This document shows, one piece after another, positions 57,312 through 64,000 of a stretch of DNA of 64,000 nt. The translations under genes were made by a program, and so were the position numbers. This DNA comes from Nitrospirota bacterium (GTDB lineage Bacteria; Nitrospirota; UBA9217), in NCBI GenBank assembly GCA_029858565.1, contig JAOUEV010000002.1, positions 1 to 64,000 of the forward strand, written 5' to 3'. How positions within the stretch are numbered: position 1 is the first letter of the stretch; each line of letters begins with the position of its first letter. Below the pieces are notes generated by a model. That model was not told the origin of the DNA. It saw only the letters and a program-made list of their open reading frames with translations, and ran no database searches.

Positions 57312-57348
57312 AAAAGCGGCAGATCACCTGATCTGCCACTTTTTTTTC
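57312..57348 (+). terminator. Intrinsic terminator
   Basis: aaaagcggcagatca-cc-tgatctgccac followed by a T-run. Confidence 0.8.
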
Positions 57349-57592
57349 AGATGCTCTATTGTCGAGGAAGAGGACGGAAAATCATTGTCTGCTTTTTTTC
57401 TAGTCCGCCGGTAATAAAGAGTAAGAGAGTTCATTTCTGGGCGTATAATTCATGCAATTTTAAGTTATCCACAGGAAAATATGTTATAACATGCGGTATT
57501 ATCTACAGCATATCTGGTTAAATTAAGAATGAATATAAATTAAAAAGTGTTAATACTTTGAGGAATATGTGAAAATTACCATATGGTTATGG

Positions 57593-57621
57593 TTGACAAA
57601 GATGGATAAAAGGAGTATTAT
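57593..57621 (+). promoter_or_regulatory. Sigma70 promoter of the pilus operon in an AT-rich region
   Basis: TTGACA-17 nt-TATTAT. Confidence 0.6.
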
Positions 57622-57782
57622 TTAAGTAATAAAATTACTATATACAATAAATATTGTTTGCGCAGATGGCATTTGCGTAAGGGTGATGTGTTGATAAAAC
57701 GCACCACCTTTGGTTAATATAGAAAAAACAGTGTTGCAAAGACGTGCAGTCGTTGTTATTCAGAAGAAGGAGGATATTAACA

Positions 57783-58235
57783 ATGAAGAGTTTCTACTTA
57801 GTTGTGGCGGCGGCTTTAATGGTTGTGATGGCGGGCGGGGCGTGGGCAACGGATACGTCGGACCTGATCGTGACCGCGAATGTTTCGGATACCTGCACTA
57901 CAATAACCGACGGAACACCAGTGGCAATCGCGCTGGATCCTATGGCTGGAGGCGCCGTGACCAACGGCGGTGTAGCAGTTCAACCTAACATCAAGTGCAC
58001 CATGGGATCGACCCATGCGGTCTCTTGCTCATCGTTGAATACAAATAATTTGAAGAACGGCGCCAACCTGATCCCCTATATGTACAACGCAGGTTCTGTG
58101 TGCGGAACGAACATAACCGGCAACGGTTCCACTCCAGTCAACCTGACCATGGGTATTGACATTGCCAATGGCGCATATAGCGATTCTCCGGCTGGAGCGT
58201 ATAGCGACACGATCACGATAACCGTCACCTATTAA
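57783..58235 (+). CDS. Csu/spore coat U-domain pilin subunit 1
   Basis: AAGGAGG RBS, signal peptide, V.ANV...C, KCT.G, AGAYSDTITITVTY. Confidence 0.85.
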   Translation: MKSFYLVVAAALMVVMAGGAWATDTSDLIVTANVSDTCTTITDGTPVAIALDPMAGGAVTNGGVAVQPNIKCTMGSTHAVSCSSLNTNNLKNGANLIPYMYNAGSVCGTNITGNGSTPVNLTMGIDIANGAYSDSPAGAYSDTITITVTY

Positions 58236-58294
58236 GAGCGTTCCTGATGCACAAATGAGGTGATGACCCACTTTAGCGTTCGAGAGTTTCTTTT

Positions 58295-58768
58295 ATGAAA
58301 AGATTGCAACAATATACAGCTGTCGCCATCGCGGTAGTAATATTGCTGGGAGGCGGAGCGCAGGCTGCGACCTTGACCCCGGCGGTGACCGCGACCGGAA
58401 CGGTGCTCGATACCTGTTCGTCTGCCGTGGGCGGCAGCATAACTTTCACGATCGATCCGTCGTTGGCCGGTCCTATAACGGCGGCGACGAATGCCGGCGG
58501 GAATACGGCGCCAACGGTCAAGTGCACGAAAAATCAGGTCCACGCCGTAACCTGCGCGTCAGCAACAGGAAACAAATTGACGATCGGCAACGACGGTGTG
58601 ACGGATCCTATCATCTATACGATCACCGGCTGCCCGGCGGGCATCACCGGGCAGGGCTTCGGGACCGCCACTCCCATCGACTTCGGGCTCTCGGTGGATG
58701 CCGCAGCGTATCAGAATGCGCTCGCGGGCGCCCATGTGGATACGATAACGGTCACCATAACGTACTGA
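58295..58768 (+). CDS. Csu/SCPU pilin subunit 2
   Basis: Signal peptide, GTVLDTC, VKCT, AG.HVDTITVTITY. Confidence 0.82.
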   Translation: MKRLQQYTAVAIAVVILLGGGAQAATLTPAVTATGTVLDTCSSAVGGSITFTIDPSLAGPITAATNAGGNTAPTVKCTKNQVHAVTCASATGNKLTIGNDGVTDPIIYTITGCPAGITGQGFGTATPIDFGLSVDAAAYQNALAGAHVDTITVTITY

Positions 58769-58823
58769 TCAAAGAGCAGGATGTCAGCCTGCTGGAAGGA
58801 ACCCGTCGGGGGGGGGCGTTGAC

Positions 58824-59354
58824 GTGAAGAAGGTTCTGATCATAGCAGCCGCGGGGCTTCTTGGAAGCCTGATGGGAAACGCATGGGCGGCAACGCCGTC
58901 CGGCTTTTCGTCAACGAACATAACCCTGAGCGCTCAGGTGGATATCGCATGCCAGGAAGCGCAGAAGGGGACGTTCCCTGCCCCGCTCATCATTGACACC
59001 CAGTCCGCGGTCGAACAGGTCTTTCCGGCAAGTGTCGATGAAAAGATCGCGTGCACAAGCGGCACCGTATTCACGGTCAGGGTAACGAGCGCGAACGGCA
59101 GCGCTGTGAACCAGACCTGCACCTCCAGCGGGGTGAACTCCATGGCTCTGAAATCTCTGGGATCGCCAGCTGATGTGATAGCGTATACGTTCCTGTGTGC
59201 CGGCGATACCGATGGGCTCGGTCACTTTACCGGTGCAGGTTTCGGCATACCCAAGGCCATCGGCATGAGCATCAAAGTGGCTTCCGCTGATGCGCAGGCT
59301 GCCGTGGCGCACGCAGATTATGCTGACACGGTAACGATGACGATATTCTACTAG
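58824..59354 (+). CDS. Csu/SCPU pilin subunit 3
   Basis: Signal peptide, SAQVDIAC, IACTSG, YADTVTMTIFY. Confidence 0.8.
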   Translation: MKKVLIIAAAGLLGSLMGNAWAATPSGFSSTNITLSAQVDIACQEAQKGTFPAPLIIDTQSAVEQVFPASVDEKIACTSGTVFTVRVTSANGSAVNQTCTSSGVNSMALKSLGSPADVIAYTFLCAGDTDGLGHFTGAGFGIPKAIGMSIKVASADAQAAVAHADYADTVTMTIFY

Positions 59355-59440
59355 GATCGCCGGACCCACCGACAATCTGTGAACACGTGAACGCAGCATT
59401 TCGCATTGCATATGGCTGCGTTTTTTATTATACTCTCATT

Positions 59441-60628
59441 ATGCAGAACATCCTGCCGACAGCACGCGTTTCAATTCATCGCGTCGTTCTGCTCCTGCTG
59501 GTAATGACGATTGCGCTAGCGACCGAGTGCCGTGCCCTTACGATAACGCCGGCATCCGGGGCACTGTCGCCCGATGCCACCCAGTTTCTTCCCTATACCG
59601 CCACGACCACGCTGACAGCGGGCGGCGTACCGGCTACTCCGCCCTATACCTGGTCGGCAACGGGTCTTCCCGCAGGGCTCGTGCTGAGCACCTCGGGCGC
59701 GAATAACGAGATCTGCGTGATAACAGGCACTCCGACGGCCTCCGGTACCTTTGCCGCGATCACGATCACGGTGACCGACAGTAAAGCTCCGACCGCGAGG
59801 ACGGCATCGGGCACGTATACGCTTATCATCAATCCCTCTTGCCGGTTCGCAGGCACCAATACCGGTTCCATCGCATTCGGGAGCGCGGGCAGCATCGATC
59901 CGTCGACCTCACCGGGACCCATCATGAACACCGTGACCACGCAGGTCAATTTTCAGTGCGGCGCAGGACTTGGGTATACTGTTGCGGTCACGAACCCTCC
60001 CGGCGCTTTGCAAATGACCGGCGCCAATACGATCCCCTTTACCCTGGGAATCGCCTCGGGTACGAGCGCGTCGGACTCGACGCTGATCCCGCTGCTCGGT
60101 CCGAGCGCAGCTCCGGTAATCCCTGCATCGACGATCTCCAATTACGAAAACTTCGTGGTGGGGACATCCACCATCGGTCCGCTCACGGTCAACATCAGCT
60201 GGGCCGGGGCAGCGCCCGGTTCTCTGAATGCCACGGTGAATGTCGCTCCTGCTACCGTTGCCGATGTCTGCAGTACCCCCGTGAACGGATCGATCACCTT
60301 CACCATCAATCCTGTTGCTGCCGGGCCGCTTCTGCCGAATACAACGCTCGACGGCTCGTCTCCCACGGTAAAATGCACCAACGGCCAGAACCATGGGGTG
60401 TCTTGTACTTCGGCTCATGGCTACCAGCTGACGATCGGGAACGACGGGGTGACCGATCCCATCGCTTACACGATCACCGGTTGCCCCGCGACGGTTACGG
60501 GCAGCGGGTTCCTGACCGCGACGCCGATCAATTTCGGGCTTTCGCTTAACGCGACCGGCGCCGGAGGGTATCAGGATGCGGCGGCGGGGCCGCATGTCGA
60601 CACGATTACCGTTGAGGTCACCTATTAA
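59441..60628 (+). CDS. Putative tip adhesin: He_PIG/Ig-like domain plus pilin-like domains
   Basis: PYTWSATGLPAGL...ITGTPT.SGTF.ITITVTDS (putative Ig); C-terminal domain closely similar to pilin 2. Confidence 0.78.
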   Translation: MQNILPTARVSIHRVVLLLLVMTIALATECRALTITPASGALSPDATQFLPYTATTTLTAGGVPATPPYTWSATGLPAGLVLSTSGANNEICVITGTPTASGTFAAITITVTDSKAPTARTASGTYTLIINPSCRFAGTNTGSIAFGSAGSIDPSTSPGPIMNTVTTQVNFQCGAGLGYTVAVTNPPGALQMTGANTIPFTLGIASGTSASDSTLIPLLGPSAAPVIPASTISNYENFVVGTSTIGPLTVNISWAGAAPGSLNATVNVAPATVADVCSTPVNGSITFTINPVAAGPLLPNTTLDGSSPTVKCTNGQNHGVSCTSAHGYQLTIGNDGVTDPIAYTITGCPATVTGSGFLTATPINFGLSLNATGAGGYQDAAAGPHVDTITVEVTY

Positions 60629-60712
60629 GTGGGTCCTTCGCAGACTGCTCTGCTGATTGCGCGCACGAGCAGGAATTTAATGAGCGGAACATTGCTTAAA
60701 GGAGTATGCCGC

Positions 60713-61591
60713 ATGAGCACTCAGGCACAGGAACGAAGAACGATTTCCGCAGGACGCAAAGGTTCCTCCGCAGCGCAATGGGCGGTATCGGCAAGCATGG
60801 CGCCTTTCGCATTTCCTGCGCCGATACGTCAGATTGCGCTGCTGATGGTCCTCCTGTTCCTTTCCGTTCATACGGATTATGCGCGTGCTGCAGATTTTCA
60901 GATACAGCCGACGATGCTCGAACTGGGCGGCGGTGTTAAGAGCGGCGCGTTTTCCGTGATCAACAACGGCGATGAAAGCATCAATTTTCAGATTTCCGTC
61001 AAGGCCTGGAATCAAGATGTGAACGGCAAGGATGTATACGAGGATACGAAGGACATCATCTTCTTCCCGAAGATCATGACCACGGGTCCCCATGAACAAC
61101 GGGCAATTCGGATCGGATATAAGGCGCCCCTGTCGGTGAACGAGAAGACCTACCGGCTCTTTGTCGAAGAGATTCCGTCCCCTAAAAAAGAGGCGGACTC
61201 GAATGCCAAGAGCAAGATCAGTGCCGGTATCACAATTGCATTCCGATTCGCAACGCCTATCTTCGTAAAGCCGCTCAAACCGCAGGAGTCGGCGGTCGTC
61301 GAAAAGCTGGACATGACCCGGGGTGTGGTCAAGGCGATGATCAGGAATACGGGAAACGTTCATATCAAGCTGTCCAGTGTGCTGCTGCGGGGAAAGACAG
61401 CGGACGGAACCGTGCTGTTCTCAAAGGAAATAGCCGGCTGGTACATTCTGCAGGGCCTGTCGCTGCCCTATGAGGCGGCCATCCCGCTGGTAAACTGCAC
61501 GGACTTGGCAACGATCGAGGTGAGTGCCAAGCCCGAGAACCTTGCGATCAACAGGACTCTGAATGTCCAGAAAGATATGTGCGCAAAATAA
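60713..61591 (+). CDS. Fimbrial chaperone (PapD/CsuC-like)
   Basis: IQP..LEL, FFPKI, QRAIRIG, EKTYRLFVEEIP, PIFVKP, NTGNVH, WYILQG. The start position is uncertain. Confidence 0.85.
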   Translation: MSTQAQERRTISAGRKGSSAAQWAVSASMAPFAFPAPIRQIALLMVLLFLSVHTDYARAADFQIQPTMLELGGGVKSGAFSVINNGDESINFQISVKAWNQDVNGKDVYEDTKDIIFFPKIMTTGPHEQRAIRIGYKAPLSVNEKTYRLFVEEIPSPKKEADSNAKSKISAGITIAFRFATPIFVKPLKPQESAVVEKLDMTRGVVKAMIRNTGNVHIKLSSVLLRGKTADGTVLFSKEIAGWYILQGLSLPYEAAIPLVNCTDLATIEVSAKPENLAINRTLNVQKDMCAK

Positions 61592-61598
61592 CCGAGGT

Positions 61599-64000
61599 GT
61601 GCAGCTCCGGGCGTGTCGGGCACGGACCCCCCGGGGCATCTTGCTAGGCCTCCTGTCCTGTTCCGGCATTCTCCTGAGTGTTTTGTTCCTCGCTGTTCCT
61701 CTGGCAGGGGCCGGAGAAATACCTGCGGCAATGACCGGAACGGATCGGGCTTTGACCGGCAGTGGCGCCCTTCCTGACGGGAAAATAACCACCCCTGTCG
61801 TTATCAGCGTGATCGTCAATACGGTGCCAAAAGGCGATCTGTTCGCGGAATTGGACGATGAAGGAAAGGTATTCCTGCGAGCGGACGATTTCCGGGCACT
61901 GAACCTGAAGTTCAGCGACGCCCGTATCGTGCTGATCCATGGCGAGCAATACCTTCCTGCCGATGCGGTCCTCGAGGCCACGCCCGCATTCGACGACAAG
62001 AAACTTATCCTCTCGTTCATCGGCAAAACCACGGAAGCGCACAGAACCACTGCCGAGATCTTTCAGCTCCATGCCAAGCCGCAGAGTGTCTATTATCCCC
62101 GCGAAACGAGCGCATTTCTCAATTACGGCCTGACCTACGGAGAAACAAATCCGTTCGGATACACCTCCTTTTCGGCGACCAGCAAGGTCGGGGCGAGGAC
62201 CGGGGATACGTTCTTTGTTTCCGATTCGCTCTATTCGAAGACCGAGGTGGACCAGAAGTTCGTTCGTCTCCACAGCAGCGTCACCTACGAACACCGCAAT
62301 GACCTCCAGTGGCTTACGATGGGAGACCAGTTCGCGAGGTCCGGCGAACTTGGCAGCTCCGTGAACCTGGGCGGGATCGGATTTTCCAAGGTCTACAAGA
62401 TCGACCCCTATTTTATCACCCAGCCGGTATTTGGTCTTCAGGGATCAGTCATCTATCCTACCCAGGCAGAGATATATCTGGACGGCATCCTGGTGGGCCG
62501 GCAGCAGATCGCGCCTGGAACGTTCGATCTGAAGAACATCTACTCCTACACCGGAAGCCACCAGGTCGAGGTCGTGCTCAAGGACCCTTTTGGCAAGGAA
62601 CAGCGGATCACCTCTCCGGTATACTTCAACACGTTCATGCTCCGCCAGGGACTGCACGAATACAGTTACAATATCGGCTATGTGCGGGAACAATATGGTA
62701 TGGAGAGCAACGAATACGGCGAGCCTGCGTTCATAGCGTTCCACCGATACGGTGTCACGAACGCCCTGAACATCGGCGCGCAGGCGGAAGGATCCAATGG
62801 GGTCTATAACGGCGGCATCTCCACCTCGTTCCTCCTTTCCCGGATCGGAGCCTTCTCGCTGTCGTACGCGGCAAGCACCGCGAGCGGGGAAAAAGGATCG
62901 GCAGCCTCATTCCAGCATACCTACCAGTTCGGGACCTTCAGCACGAACCTGCGGGCACGCAGCTTCTCGCGGAACTACGCTACCGTCGCCGCTCCTGCAA
63001 GCACCGCACAGGAACAGACGAAACAGGAATCCGGCGCCGGGGCCGGTTTCCTGCTGCTGCCTGTCGGAAGCATCTCTCTGAACTACTCCGAACGGGAGAG
63101 CTATAGCGGCGACACAACACGGATTCTCTCCGCGCATTACAGCAGGACGCTTACCAGGATGGTAAGCTTGTTCGCCACGGCATCGGAGACACGGCAGGCG
63201 GAGCGGGTAAGGAGCTTTTTTGTCGGACTCAATTTCAACTTCGACAATCACCTGTATGGCGCGACCCAGTACACCAAGACGGGCGACATGAACATGCAGA
63301 CGGCCCAGATACAAAAGGATGTCCCGGTCGGGGAGGGGTTCGGCTATCGTGCGACAGCGAGCCGGACCGAGGTCAATGGGATGACGTCGAATTCACTAAA
63401 TCCTCATGCGCAGTATAACGGGCCGTACGGCATCTATTCCGTTGATGTGAATGCGCAGCGCTCTGCAGGGGGATCTCAGCAGATATACTCCGTGACCGCC
63501 GCAGGCGCACTGGTATATGCCGGAGGATTCTCCGGATTGTCCCGTCCGGTAAGTGACAGCTTCAGTATTGTTATGCTGGATAATGTGGCGGGTGCGACCG
63601 TGCTGAACAACAGCCAGGAGATCGGGACAACGGATGCTTCGGGCAAGGTAATCGTTCCGACAATTACCTCCTATGGCCAGAATATGATCACCGCGGATGT
63701 GCGGAACCTGCCTATGGAATACAGCATCTCGGGCATGAACAGGGCGCTATCCCCATCTCTCTGGAGCGGATCCTGTCTCGCTTTTGAGGCGGTCAAGATG
63801 CAGGCGGTCACCGGAAACCTTTTTGCTGTGAAGGACAGCCGAAGAACACCAATGGAATATGTTGAGATATCGATCAACGCCGCGGGAAGAACACTGACCT
63901 TCCCGACCGGCAAGAACGGTGAATTCTACATCGAGAATACCATTCCCAAGGATATGGCTGCGGGGGACGATCAGCAGAGCTGTTCGGCAATTGCCGAGCG
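61599..64000 (+). CDS. Fimbrial outer-membrane usher (CsuD-like), partial; runs off window end
   Basis: Manual translation: signal peptide, SVIVNTVPKGD, AFLNYG, LGSSVNLGGIGFSK, IDPYF, GTFDL, LRQGLHEYSY, HRYGVT. Confidence 0.85.
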   Translation, partial: MQLRACRARTPRGILLGLLSCSGILLSVLFLAVPLAGAGEIPAAMTGTDRALTGSGALPDGKITTPVVISVIVNTVPKGDLFAELDDEGKVFLRADDFRALNLKFSDARIVLIHGEQYLPADAVLEATPAFDDKKLILSFIGKTTEAHRTTAEIFQLHAKPQSVYYPRETSAFLNYGLTYGETNPFGYTSFSATSKVGARTGDTFFVSDSLYSKTEVDQKFVRLHSSVTYEHRNDLQWLTMGDQFARSGELGSSVNLGGIGFSKVYKIDPYFITQPVFGLQGSVIYPTQAEIYLDGILVGRQQIAPGTFDLKNIYSYTGSHQVEVVLKDPFGKEQRITSPVYFNTFMLRQGLHEYSYNIGYVREQYGMESNEYGEPAFIAFHRYGVTNALNIGAQAEGSNGVYNGGISTSFLLSRIGAFSLSYAASTASGEKGSAASFQHTYQFGTFSTNLRARSFSRNYATVAAPASTAQEQTKQESGAGAGFLLLPVGSISLNYSERESYSGDTTRILSAHYSRTLTRMVSLFATASETRQAERVRSFFVGLNFNFDNHLYGATQYTKTGDMNMQTAQIQKDVPVGEGFGYRATASRTEVNGMTSNSLNPHAQYNGPYGIYSVDVNAQRSAGGSQQIYSVTAAGALVYAGGFSGLSRPVSDSFSIVMLDNVAGATVLNNSQEIGTTDASGKVIVPTITSYGQNMITADVRNLPMEYSISGMNRALSPSLWSGSCLAFEAVKMQAVTGNLFAVKDSRRTPMEYVEISINAAGRTLTFPTGKNGEFYIENTIPKDMAAGDDQQSCSAIAE

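Noticed and set aside
57655-57780. c-di-GMP riboswitch in the pilus operon leader
   Set aside because: Small hairpins are present, but I could not find the GEMM consensus elements.
1-64000. tRNA, rRNA, IS transposase or prophage genes
   Set aside because: None recognised by eye; tRNAscan-SE, cmscan and ISEScan would be needed to exclude them formally.

Overview
A GC-rich (roughly 60%) chromosomal window from an anaerobic bacterium. Gene content and synteny (dprA-smg-topA...xerC-hslVU-argB, multiheme cytochromes, sigma54 regulators) suggest Nitrospirota or a deltaproteobacteria-like lineage; this is an inference. Main loci in order: an EamA gene (partial), ntrBC-like genes, an adjacent plant-type threonine synthase and cystathionine gamma-synthase pair, Rsm22-like and rsmE genes, a decayed sensor/sigma54/cytochrome locus, the xerC-hslVU-argB and dprA-smg-topA blocks with inserted genes, and an ArsS-type radical SAM/glycosyltransferase cluster. 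These are followed by a selenocysteine formate dehydrogenase with HydBC-like subunits divergent from an aldehyde:ferredoxin oxidoreductase, an amino acid ABC transporter, a lower-GC cassette-like patch (attC site, Mrr remnant, two TA systems), a type II topoisomerase B gene without an adjacent A gene, and a Csu-type chaperone-usher pilus operon (truncated at the window edge). The ORF track misses three UGA read-through genes within about 13 kb: FDH alpha, a C-GCAxxG-C-C redox protein, and a 64-aa SbtA-family RiPP precursor with three in-frame UGA codons next to its radical SAM/SPASM maturase. The SbtA precursor is the most striking signal. No rRNA, tRNA or CRISPR array was recognised. All family calls come from motif recognition by eye; no database searches were run.
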